DNA of 62,981 bases, filler included, from Olpidium bornovanus S191 (taxonomy: Eukaryota > Fungi > Olpidiomycota): NCBI GenBank assembly GCA_017911155.1. It is 29 parts of 29 records of this genome, joined end to end, with 100 filler letters (N's around TTAATTAATTAA, not from the genome) between each part and the next. Parts side by side here need not be neighbours in the genome. Positions count along the whole stretch, not along the records: positions 1 to 1,395 come from JAEFCI010000520.1; positions 1,496 to 2,732 come from JAEFCI010001038.1; positions 2,833 to 6,125 come from JAEFCI010011226.1; positions 6,226 to 8,208 come from JAEFCI010010071.1; positions 8,309 to 9,310 come from JAEFCI010001992.1; positions 9,411 to 11,860 come from JAEFCI010011704.1; 23 more parts are not named here. One strand, 5' to 3'. The translations under genes were made by a program, and so were the position numbers. The notes below the pieces were generated by a model, which ran no database searches, was not told the DNA's origin, and worked only from the letters and a program-made list of their open reading frames with translations. Shown piece by piece: positions 1-10,686 of the stretch; position 1 is the stretch's first letter; each line of letters opens with the position of its first letter.

Positions 1-804
1 CTCTGATCCAGATATCCACCGAATTCTGATCCAGATATCCATTCCAAGTATGAGGCAGATTCCGGCACAAATTCTGCTGCAGATTTTGGCTCAGATTTTT
101 GCCCGAGACCAATTCCACATGCCCGGGCCCAAAAGCACTGAATGCAGCGAATACATGGAATACTCCGTACGTGCCGAAAGCCCCAAAGGGCCTTATCACC
201 TTGAGAGCCCAACAGCAGTGAACAATCTACCTTTTTGAATCTTTTAAAGCCCCAAATGTCCCGGAGCTCCAAACCCCTTAAACCCCCCCAAACGTCCCAA
301 AACGTCCCAAACCCCCCCAACGCCCCGAACGCCCCGAACGCCTCGAACGCCCCGAACGCCGCAAACGCCAGATCTAATCAATAAGTTTTGCGTCGGGCCC
401 GCCCACACAATACTATGCACGCAAAAAGGTGCTCTGTGTCACTTGTTCATGGTTTCGGAGGTATGGGCGCTCTTTTCTGAGGCCGGTCGGGGAAATTCGG
501 ATTCCCGCCAGGCGACGCTCACGTTCTGGGCGTTAATCGCCGCTCAGCGGCGTTCCCCGGCCCCCCCGCTTTCCCTCCCTCCGGCCCGAATCCGAAATTA
601 GGAAGGCGGGCGTTACAGGTGGGTTTCCGCGAGGCGTCCGTCGGCTCCGCACTGGCGTTTGGACGTAGATCGCAGCGCATTGCTATTATCAGGGTGCGTT
701 TCTGAAACCGTCAGCCGCTGCGAGTCTGCGAGCCCCGTAGGCTTCCTATATCGCCCTCCATTAAGCTCCAACGGGCTCCAACGGCCCGTCGAAACAGCAG
801 GACG

Positions 805-1191
805 ATGCCGGCGGCCAATTCGTTCATTGCGCACAAGGGCCGTTGCGTTATAATAACAGGTGCGCAAAATTCCGGCGTTCTGCTGCGGCGGAAAAGCACT
901 TCAGGTGATAACAGATGGTCGGGGGTATGTCCCGGGACGCTTTGGGGTTGCTAGCTTTTGCGCGCTCGGGCGAACTTGGGGAAGGTGGGTAATTTCGGGG
1001 ATTTTGTTCCGCTGCCGTTGTCGCTTACCGGTCGCTAGCGACGTTCGAAGAGTTGCTGCGGAAATTCTTGGTCACGTGACCACCATCGGGCGGTACGGCC
1101 AATCAAAACGGGCCGTATATTTGTGAGGGCCGCTTCAATTACAGACTTCGACGAAAGCAGCCAGAGTTTTCATTTGGCAGGTGGGACTCGC
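805..1191 (+). CDS. Possible 5' end of a short-chain dehydrogenase/reductase (exons 805-859 and 1181-1191)
   Basis: ATG 805 reads MPAANSFIAHKGRCVIIT-G|GTGCGC. An 11-nt exon after TGGCAG (1181-1191, then GTATGC) completes VIITGGTR, the start of the SDR TGxxxGxG motif. The rest is absent, so this is speculative. Confidence 0.3.
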
Positions 1192-1502
1192 GTATGCAAA
1201 ATCAGGATCCGGCCTTACCTGCCAGTGAACAATCCGCACACGTATCCGCTGTCATGTACGCGTAAAAAATGAAACATGTGCGTGGTGTGTTTCTAAATCA
1301 TTTTGTTTAATCACAAAACGGGGTGCCGCCGTCGCAAACGTCAACGCAAACGCTTTTGTTGAGAAGACGCTCCAGCTTTTCCCTTTCGCCGAACCNNNNN
1401 NNNNNNNNNNNNNNNNNNNNNNNNNNNNNNNNNNNNNNNTTAATTAATTAANNNNNNNNNNNNNNNNNNNNNNNNNNNNNNNNNNNNNNNNNNNNGCGCC
1501 AC

Positions 1503-1555
<53 letters not shown>

Positions 1556-1593
1556 GCCCCGTCCCCGTTCCCGCCCCCGCCTTTGTTCGCCAG

Positions 1594-2732
1594 GTATTGC
1601 CAGATGTGCCAGAAGCAATGTAAGCTCCTGGAGAACTAAAGCCGCTGCCGCTCCGGAAGCTCCTATTTCTCCGGGAAAGTTCCTCATTCTAAACCTTCCC
1701 GCGCGCGACGTTGACTCGCGCTTGTCCCGGGTTCTCCTTTGCCAGGTCGCGACGAGAACGGGTTCAAATGCCACTGCATGTCGGAGTCGCACCTCCGCCA
1801 GATGAACCTGTTTGCGGAAAACCCGCAGAAGTACGTCGAGCAGTACTCCAGGGAGTTTCTAAACGAGTTCATAAAGGTTCTGTCACAACGGTATGTTTTT
1901 TTGCCGGAAGCCCCCCCCCCCCTTTCTTCCCGCCGTTTTCTGCCTGCGTTCTTCTTCCCGCCCGTGTAGAGAGCACACCGCGCCGCCAAGCGACCGCGGA
2001 CGACCGTTTCCTCACTTTCTCCGTCTCGCGTCCCCCGTACCGTCTCCTGCCTGCCCCCGCTTTCCCGAAGTCACCAGACGAAGCGCGTCCTCGCCAACCA
2101 GGTGTATCAGGAGTTCATCCAGGACCGCCATCACCTGCACATGAACTCCACGAAGTGGGAGACGCTGACGGATTTTGTTAAGTGGATGGGCCGGGAGCGC
2201 GTCTGCGAGGTCGACGAGACGCCCAGGGGGTGGTTCGTTGCGTGGATCGACCGCAGCCCCAAAGCGCTCGAGAGAGCCGCCGCGGAGGCCCGCCGGGCAC
2301 GGCAGGACGCTGACGACGAGGCGAGGGAAAAGAGGCTCCTCGAGGAGCAGGTGCAGAGGGCGACGGAGACGAGGGCCGCTGCGACGGCTGCGACAGAGTC
2401 GCCGGAGGTGAGGGTGGGAGTCCTGGGGAGGGGATTTTCGGAGTTTTGCGCCGAACCGCGAGGGACGGGTAACTGCGCAAACGGACGTGTATAATTTACG
2501 TAACTGCCTACTGTATTGCTGCCCCACCAGCCCCAGCACACGGAGCTCCGGCGTGACGCCGAGGCGGCCGAACCAATTAAACTGTCGCTGAACATGAAGT
2601 CCGCTCTCAAACCCGCCGTGGCCGCATCTGCGTTCAAGCGCAAGGGCAAGGGCAGGCTCGAAGCGCTCGCCGAGTCTGCAGCGAAGAAGCAGAAGGGTGA
2701 AAAAGGCAGCGAAGGAGTGGAGAGGAAGGACA
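1594..2732 (+). CDS. KIN17: DNA/RNA-binding protein KIN17 (Rts2), partial, at least 4 exons
   Basis: Spliced YCQMCQKQC-RDENGFKCHCMSESHLRQM zinc finger, then QEFIQDRHHLHMNSTKWETLTDFVKWMGR and VDETPRGWFVAWIDRSP, typical of KIN17. GT-AG introns at about 1620-1745, 1891-2075 and 2408-2530. Confidence 0.93.
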
Positions 2733-2832
2733 NNNNNNNNNNNNNNNNNNNNNNNNNNNNNNNNNNNNNNNNNNNNTTAATTAATTAANNNNNNNNNNNN
2801 NNNNNNNNNNNNNNNNNNNNNNNNNNNNNNNN

Positions 2833-3770
2833 GCGCGGCAATCCCGTTCTCAGCAGCTGGTCTGTCACAACCTCGATCGCCCGAAGCCCAAGTCGCGATA
2901 TCGGGTTACTACGATGACCACCGTGGCCCTGCTTATCCGCCTGGCGAAGGCTCTTCGGCGCCGTCCGCCGCTCGCGTGGCGGGGTCGTCGTCGGCATACT
3001 TGCCTTACCGGGGATACTACCGGTATCCGCCGGCGGCATGGTACGATCCTTACGGTCCCTACTACTCGCACCGTCCCAGGGAATACTACGATTGTGCCGC
3101 GTCACCTCTTCATCCAGCCGGATATGCCGCCCCGGCCGGTGCGGAGTACGCGCATCAAGCTCCCATGCCGGAAACGCGCGAAGACGAGGGGGCGATGATG
3201 TCGAAGCCGGAGACACCCGCGGCGGCGGAAGCTTTGCCAACCTTGGAGCAGCGGCGACCGCCGGCTACGGCGGCTGCGGCGCACGCCGCTCTGCATCCGC
3301 TGGAGATTACACCGTCAGGTTCGGGGGCCGAAAGGACGGTATACTCGCCGCCGCAGCCGGAGCCTTACCGGGCCGGAGGCAGGGGCGCTCTGCCCAGGTA
3401 CCATCCTCCGCCGCCCCAGCATATCTACGGCTACCCTCCGATCTTCTCATCGGCCCGCGGGTACGGGTACGATGACGGACGGGGGTGGCGGTCGCCTCAC
3501 ATGGGACCGCGGTCCTCGGCCGCCGACTGGCAATGCCAGCCGCACCAGGCCGGACCGGTCGAATGGCCTTCCCATCTCCCGCCCCCTCAGCCCGCCGGCT
3601 GCGCGGCTCCTCCCCCGCCTCCATGGTTGACAAGGTCAGCGCTGCCGCCGCCGCCCGTGACCGGGCAAGCAGCCGGATGGAGCGAAGCTGCTTCCGGACG
3701 GCCGGGACCCGCGGGCCCGAATGGCCCTCTGCCGCCGAACGACTCGCCACCAAATTACGGTCCTCCATGA
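2833..3770 (+). CDS. C-terminal part of an uncharacterised Pro/Tyr/Ala-rich low-complexity protein
   Basis: The frame is open from near the contig start through ORF 2976-3770 with coherent P/Y/A-rich composition. No domain recognised. Confidence 0.5.
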
Positions 3771-3778
3771 ACTTACTC

Positions 3779-3979
3779 CCCCCACCCTCCCGCCCCCGAA
3801 AGCATACGTTCCTCGCACACTTTTTCTAGATATTGCAAGAACGTCAACTTCTCCCCTACCCCTCCCAAATTTTGGCCCCCACCCTCCCACCCCGAAAGCA
3901 TACGTTCTCGCACACGTTTTCTAGATATTGCAAGAACGTCAACTTCTCCCTTCCCCCCTCCTCTCCCAAATTTTGGCCC
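3779..3979. repeat. Tandem duplication of a roughly 97-bp unit (2 copies)
   Basis: CCGAAAGCATACGTT..TCTAGATATTGCAAGAACGTCAACTTCTCCC..TCCCAAATTTTGGCCC is present twice (anchors at 3796 and 3892). Confidence 0.9.
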
Positions 3980-4125
3980 TAGACCGAAAACCGTATTATT
4001 ATATAGTCCGCCAAGAAAAGGACAACGGCGAAATAAAATTATTAGAGTTCGCGGTCCCGCGTCTTTCTTCGGACGGTCGCCCCCACAACCTCCCCACCCA
4101 CCTGTCAAGGCGCGCGCTACGGGCG

Positions 4126-4185
4126 GCGTCAACCCCCTCTCGAGCTGCGTCAAACCCCTCTCGAGCTGCGTCAAACCTCTCGAGG
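4126..4185. repeat. Roughly 21-bp minisatellite, about 3 copies
   Basis: GCGTCAA(A/C)CCCCTCTCGAGCT is repeated. Confidence 0.85.
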
Positions 4186-5207
4186 GCAGCTTATCGTGCG
4201 CCAAGTCACGTGGCCCGAGAATCGCCGAGACCACTAGACACACCGTTGTGTCTAGTTGTGATGTCACGTGACATCCAGATCCAGACCAAGAACAAGGCGT
4301 GTATAGCGCGCGCGGGTGTGTATAGCTAAGGATGGCGGGCGTGTATAGCTAAGGATCTTCCCAGCTACCGTGCGAGAAAACGCGTCGCTTCCGTCGAGGA
4401 ACCGTCGTCTACGGAACATCCTTTCTCTAGTTCTCTACGCTGCGCAGCAACGCAGTTACTGCGCACGACACGTCACTCCATGGCTCCCATGGCAACTCGT
4501 CACAAGACTCCTTTGCCGCAACACGTCGAGGGAGAGTCCCTCGAGGACTACTTTGAGAGCCTCGCCGAGTTCTCCAACTACGTCGCAGCGCTCCAGATCG
4601 CCGAGGAGCGCAAAGCCGAGAAAGCCCCTCCTTTGAGTACCCGAAGTACTGCGGAGGCCTCTTACGTCACCGAGGACATCAAGAGCGAGTCCCCTGCATC
4701 GTCTGCAGGCGAGTTTGAGGACTCCCGCACCGGATACAACAATGCCGGGTACCTTCGCTGGACCGAAAATGCCATTCGACCTTGTGTTTCTGGCCTCTTC
4801 TGTTAACGCTGACGCCGTTTTGGAAGAATTTCCAGGCGCGGTGGCGGAATGGGCGAGGAAGGAGAGGGCCGTGCGGGTAGGGTCCGAGAGGGGGACGCGT
4901 CGAAAAGGAGGAGGGGTCCGAAATATTGACTCATTTCGCCGCGGGACCGAGTTGCGGAGAATAAATAAGACGCGTGGACACTACGCGTGGCACGTGGGCG
5001 AAGAAAGGGCAGTATTGAGGGCCACCGACTGATACATAGAAACCCCGGGCGAGAGAGAGCAGAAAAGAGCGAGTGCACCTAGACCCCACCGTCCCTAGAG
5101 CGAGGACACGTCGGTCCAAGACGTTTAGGCCAGAAGGAGATATAGAAGAATAGAAGACACGAACAAACAGAACGGAACCGGCGGATCACCCGGGGAGTTT
5201 GAGGGAG

Positions 5208-5208
<1 letters not shown>

Positions 5209-5291
<83 letters not shown>

Positions 5292-5520
5292 GGGGGGGGG
5301 GCGGGAGGGGGGGGGGGGGGGGAGGGGGGGGGGGGGGGGGAAACGTGCGTGTGCGCGCGGGTTTGAGTGAGACAGAGAAGACACGCGAGGCTTGAGAGAA
5401 AAAGAGAGAGAGGGAGAGAGAGAAAAAAGAGAGAGGGAGAGAGAGAGAGAGTGAGAGAAAAAGAGAGTGAGAGAGAGAGAGACAGAGAGAGAGAGAGAGT
5501 GAGAGGGAGAGAGAGTGAGA
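5209..5520. repeat. (GA)n microsatellites with poly-G tracts
   Basis: Directly visible. Similar (TG)n at about 7652-7680 and 26794-26822, and (CT)n at about 58655-58735. Confidence 0.9.
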
Positions 5521-5655
5521 AATGCGGCGTCCCGTCGCACTCGCTTCTCCCCCCCCCCGCTTCTTCCCTTCGCTCCGCACCCCGCGCGCCTTTTCGTTTC
5601 TCGTTCATCTTGTTTTTTATTTTTTGGTTCTGGCGCACCAAAAACGACGGGAGGG

Positions 5656-5697
<42 letters not shown>

Positions 5698-5789
5698 CCA
5701 AACGGAATTTCTGTTGCCGGGGGGGGCAACAGAAAGGGGGAGAAAAGCGGGGTGAAGGAGAAAAGGGTGAAGGGGGGGAAGGGGGGAAG

Positions 5790-5822
<33 letters not shown>

Positions 5823-6225
5823 TGATCTCTCTCTCTCCAAAAATATCACTTATGGCAATTGCCGCGGGGTTTCGTGGCGGCCGGATAATAACGGTTTTGG
5901 GGCCGTGGATAAACAAATGCCGATCAAAACAACGGCGGAAAAGGGTGGGGGGGTATATGCGCAATGTACACGTGCGGCAGAAGCCAAACCCCCCCCCCCC
6001 CCGAAATACTGTAACGAAATAAAATAAAAATTGCCCGCCCGCCGACTTCGTCTTCGGAAGGAGGGGGGGGGGGGGGGGGGGGCGGGGGAGGGGGGCCAAA
6101 AGGGGGGCGCCCCCCACCGGGCCCCNNNNNNNNNNNNNNNNNNNNNNNNNNNNNNNNNNNNNNNNNNNNTTAATTAATTAANNNNNNNNNNNNNNNNNNN
6201 NNNNNNNNNNNNNNNNNNNNNNNNN

Positions 6226-7523
6226 CGTTGCCGTCACGAACCGGTCGTTCCGGATGAGAAAAGGATGAACAGCGGGTGGCTGAAAGGCAACTGTTCGAAG
6301 AAAAGCTCCCCGCCTTTGCCGCCGTGCGCAAACTGATCCCAGGTGACGGCTGTTGGAGAAACGGTGGACAGGTCCGTCGGATAGCTGTCGACGAAAGGCA
6401 CCACAACGCATTTCTGAACAGTCTTGAGGCCTGCAGGTAGGAGGCACCCGCAGCGCGTCAGGAGGAGAGATTGGGATCACTGTGCGTGGTCGGAAGCAGA
6501 GCAAGCGGCGGGGCCGGACCTTCGAGTACACCCTTCACCTTTTCGAGGTGGCCGATGATTTTGCCGTTGTAGAAAACAGCGTTCACGGTAAACAGCACCT
6601 TGGGCATGATCTGCTGCATCCGCTCCAGAGTGGCCTGAAAGTATCAGGGCAGCGAGCCGGTCCGCTGTAAGGAGCAGCCGGCGGCAAACGCGAAAAGAAC
6701 CACAACGGCAACGACGGCAGAACGGAAATGCGGCCCACCGTCACCCCGAAATCCGGCGATACAGAGCTCCACAGAGCACCCAGGCTGACTGCGGCCAGCA
6801 TTGCCACCACCGCCTCCGCGCAGTTGGAAACGTAGCCGCAGACCACGTCGCCGACGACGACCCCTGCAGCACGCAGTGCCGACGCCACCCGGGCAACGCT
6901 GAACCATAGCTCCTTGTGCGTCAAAGTCGCAGGAGCCCGGCCCTCGCCCGCTGCGACGACGGCAGGGCGGTCGTCGCGACACCAGAGAAGATTCTCCGCA
7001 TAGTTCAGGCGCGCGCCTTCGAACCACGTCGGATTCGCGTCCACCGGGGCGCTGTCGTCTACGACCTGCAGGTCCCACCGGAAACGGCGTCAGAGGGGCC
7101 AGATCGCAACCCCAACCGAAACGAACACGGCGGATAACACGGGAGCGCGCACCCGGGTGAAAGGCCGCGACGAGATCAGGCGGGTGTACTCCCACACGAA
7201 CGACCAGAAATCGGCGATGTGCGTGCAGGACCAGTCGTGGAGCTCCCGGTAGTCGGCTGCAAAAACATGCGGCGTCAGGCTGCAGCGCGCAGTTTGCAGG
7301 TCTGAAGGGCGACTTCTACTTCGGGGCGACAGCCGGCGGGAGAGCGCCGCGGGCCCAGCGGCCGGGAACGACGATGACGGGACCCACCAAGGCTCAGGCC
7401 GTACGTGCGGTTGACGGCAGCCCTCAACATCTCGGCTTCGCTCCTGTAGGCATCGGCGGGCTCCCACAGCAGCCGGGGCAGCAGCGGGATCTGCGCGGGG
7501 TCTGCATCGGCGGCGGGGGGCAT
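6226..7523 (-). CDS. AACS: Acetoacetyl-CoA synthetase (acetoacetate-CoA ligase), 5' part, multi-exon
   Basis: ATG 7523 reads MPPAAD..LLWEP. Further exons: DYRELHDWSCTHIADFWSFVWEY; PTWFEGARLNYAENLL; VCGYVSNCAEAVVAMLAAVSLGALWSSVSPDFGV; LERMQQIMPKVLFTVNAVFYNGK. These are AACS-family signatures. Confidence 0.93.
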
Positions 7524-7648
7524 TTTTCCTCCACGTCGCCCGAGCCCGAGGGGGAAATAAAGAAGAGAGAAGAAGAAAAAAAAACCAAGGGTGTTTTTGT
7601 TCGTTCCTCCTTCCTGCGATGCGAGCGTGTGGCGCGACACGGCGGACC

Positions 7649-7681
<33 letters not shown>

Positions 7682-7954
7682 GTGTGCGGGGAAGGAAAAA
7701 GGGCCCCCTCCCCCCTTCCCCCCCCCCGTTTGTTTGTTTGTTTCCGGTTGGAGAAAAAGGGGGACGAAGGGAGGGGGGGGGGGAAAGGGGTAAAAAAAAA
7801 AGGGGGGGGGGGGAAGGGGGGGGGCGCATGACAAACTCTCCCGCTCGGAATTTTCTTTTGTTTTTGTTTTTGATTTTGTTTCTATAGGTTGAGTCCACCC
7901 ACGGTGGTGGCATCTTATTATGGTATCGCACTAATATTTGGTGCATTGATTACT

Positions 7955-7992
<38 letters not shown>

Positions 7993-8308
7993 CCCATTCC
8001 CCCTGGGGGGGGGGGGGGGGAGGGGGGGGGGGGGGAAAGGGGGGGGGGGGGGTTTTTTTTTTTTTTTTTTTTTTTCCTTTTGCTATTATTATTATTGTTT
8101 GTTTTTTTTTTTTTTCCCCTTTCTCCCCCGTTTGCGCGCGTCTTGGCTGCCGTGTTCGTTTTCTCTCCCCCCTCTCTCTCTTCCCCCACCTGGGACATTC
8201 GGAAAAAANNNNNNNNNNNNNNNNNNNNNNNNNNNNNNNNNNNNNNNNNNNNTTAATTAATTAANNNNNNNNNNNNNNNNNNNNNNNNNNNNNNNNNNNN
8301 NNNNNNNN

Positions 8309-8614
8309 CATGTCCGCTTCTCGGATCACGTCCAGCTGCTCAATGGCCTTCTTCGCAAACTCTTTATTCCTGTCCAAGAGGCAGACGGAAGGCGGCTCGT
8401 TTCCTGCAAAAAAAAAAAAATCAGAGATTCACAAAAACACACATATGCTGTTTGACAAAACCAAAAAAAAATACGCGTCGAGTGCACAGGGCTCGTCGGC
8501 GCCCGGAGCGTCGGGGCGTCGGAAAAGAGGGAGGAAGGAGGGGGTTTGGGGGAGGATTGGTAACTCACCATGTGGTTCTCGTATTTTATAGATCAAAAGA
8601 ACTCTCATGTCTGT
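8309..8614 (-). CDS. Probable 5' exons of an unidentified protein
   Basis: MRVLLIYKIREPH-G|GTGAGT ... TTTGCAG|GA joins in phase to NEPPSVCLLDRNKEFAKKAIEQLDVIREADM, which is open to the contig end. No family recognised. Confidence 0.3.
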
Positions 8615-9236
8615 GCCGATCAGAAGTCCTGTCCCCTGCTCTCGGCGGGAAAAAAAGGAGTGTCGCGGGCGGGAAGTTAGGGATTCGCGGTGAGTCAGGC
8701 AGCGCGGCAGAACACACGGCCAACACCGCCACCCAGCCGGGGCAAACTGAAACGGGGGCAAAAGCCCGCGAGCGGCAAACGCACCGCGCGCCAGGAGAAA
8801 TTCGACCCAAAGCGGCAACTTCTAGAGCACCGTGACGGCGGTGAACGCTCCGTACATTGCAAGTTGCCCCAGCGAGTCCTTCCCCCGCCGGCCCCGCGCG
8901 CCAGCCACTTCCCCCCTTTCCGCCCCTCTCCTCCTTCCCTTTCCCTCTCTCCCATACTCGCAATTAACTGTCCGACGGCCACGAAACAGCTGTGATCGGA
9001 CGGTCCATCGCCGGCTTCCCGCCCGGGTATCTATCGGACGCGCGCGCAAGGGCCCGTGCCTGCTTCGCGGGCAAGAAAGCGAACCAGAGCTGCTGCGGCG
9101 ACGGCAGCCGACTCGAACGCGCAAGGGTTGCTGCGCAACGGGCGTGTCTCCGGACACCCGGGACCCTGAGCGAGCGAAAAAAAAAAAACAACTTTTCTTG
9201 GCCGCGCGGTTTTTTTTTTTCTTTTTTTTTCCGCGC

Positions 9237-9273
<37 letters not shown>

Positions 9274-9410
9274 CCCCTTTTTTCCCCCCCCCCCCCCCCC
9301 CCCCCCCCCCNNNNNNNNNNNNNNNNNNNNNNNNNNNNNNNNNNNNNNNNNNNNTTAATTAATTAANNNNNNNNNNNNNNNNNNNNNNNNNNNNNNNNNN
9401 NNNNNNNNNN

Positions 9411-9664
9411 CATGAACGAGGTCTACAACACTTTTTTCCAACCGGAGACCGCTCCCACCAGGACCACCGTTGCGGTCAAGGAGCTGCCGTGTGAGCAGCG
9501 AACGTGTCGTCGGGAAAACGGCGGCCTCCGAGTCTGCTGTCTTTACACCGGTAATCTTCGTTGCTGATGCGTTCGTCGCCCTTGCCTCGCTCTGTTGGTA
9601 AGCGCCCAAACTCCTCATCGAGATCAAGGCTGTTGCCCTCGAACTCCCGTCGAAGCGAGACTGA
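9411..9664 (+). CDS. RidA/YjgF/UK114-family protein, 2-aminomuconate deaminase-like; C-terminal 2 exons
   Basis: MNEVYNTFFQPETAPTRTTVAVKELP, intron 9491-9602 (GTGAGC..TAAG), then SPKLLIEIKAVALELPSKRD-stop. Contains the Rid C-terminal R-T-T-V and L-I-E-I-K-A motifs. Not in the supplied ORF track. Confidence 0.85.
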
Positions 9665-10686
9665 CGGACAAGTGCGAGGAAGCCGAGTGTGTAGTTTGCG
9701 CCTCCCATGTGGAAGCAGTGGCGATCATTGTCCATTGTGATTATTGCTCTGCTTCCGAATATTGCACAGGAATGGTGAGGAAGCTGTGTGAGCACAGCTG
9801 GGGGAAGAGAAAGGGTTAGCGGCTGATGTGGAGCCAGCGTCATGGGAACGGCGGCAATCGCTCCTGAGGTGGCTAATTCGCGATGCACCCCATCTTGGAA
9901 ACACTGTTGTTGGCTTCGTACGGGACTCGGCTGCCTTATTGCCTTGACGAGGCTGCGACCTTGCAGCCTTGCTTCCCGTTGGCGTTTCGGCAACTCGTCT
10001 CGGCGACCCGCCTTATTGCCTCTCCAGTTTATTGTCGCCGCGTCTCAGGCGCCTCATCTGCATCTCGATAAAAGCAATCGCTGCCGATGAAGTGCTGGAC
10101 AACGATAGCTGGGGTAAACGCCTCGACACTCAGGTACCATCTGCTGTGTCACCGGAATCGAGAACCAGACCAGCGGATATTCTGGTGAGTGTGTGGCTGT
10201 ACGGGTTAGGAGACTGTGCAATAAATGTGCCGCGGAGTTTCCGGTACCCCTGCCAGATCAGATTCCCCATTGAGGGTAGTTGCACTGCCGGGGAATTGCA
10301 CTTGTAGTTGGCTGAGGGCACATTCTCGGCAGGGAAATTGCGCTTGCAGGATTGAGCGCACACGCACTGCCTGGGAAATTGCACTGTAGTGCGGGCCTCA
10401 TCTTTACTCCTCCGCACAGACAAGCCAGCTCGTCATTGCGCCCGTCCACGGGGACGAATTTACCACAGCAAATCCTGGAGCCCATTCAAGCGGCGGCTCC
10501 GCGTCGTGTTTCCCTACGGCCGTTGGTTGGTTCAGCCACGCGCGGCAACGCCAGTCACAGACACCGGACGAAGGGCACTGTAGCAGGGACGGACGCAGCC
10601 GGCGAAACAAGAGGGTTGGCGAAAATTGTGTCGTCGCCTGCCGTGACAAACCGTGCGGGGGAGGAGCCGCTTCTCGTGTGCTCCCG

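Noticed and set aside
480-612. RNase P/MRP RNA (GGGAAATTCGG and CCCGAATCCGAAATTA resemble CR-I and CR-V) plus local hairpins
   Set aside because: The two motifs are only about 95 nt apart, too short for the specificity domain, and GC-rich DNA forms such hairpins by chance. An Infernal search would settle it.
1440-1451. TTAATTAATTAA repeated 28 times as a biological motif or CRISPR-like repeat
   Set aside because: It is always centred in 88 Ns. It is a six-frame stop linker, and it also produces the false LIN/N ORF ends in the track.
4931-6125. Poly-F/K/P/G and (SL)n/(RE)n ORFs (also 7550-8208, 17525-17760, 27796-28300, 58469-59100)
   Set aside because: These are translations of homopolymers and dinucleotide microsatellites. 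Many G/T/A runs are probably sequencing or assembly noise, so G-quadruplex claims were also dropped.
8309-8370. Dynein light chain or EF-hand call from DVIREADM
   Set aside because: Only 5-6 matching residues, and the upstream sequence does not fit either family.
9355-9993. 212-aa minus-strand ORF
   Set aside because: It is antisense to the RidA exons and has no recognisable motif.
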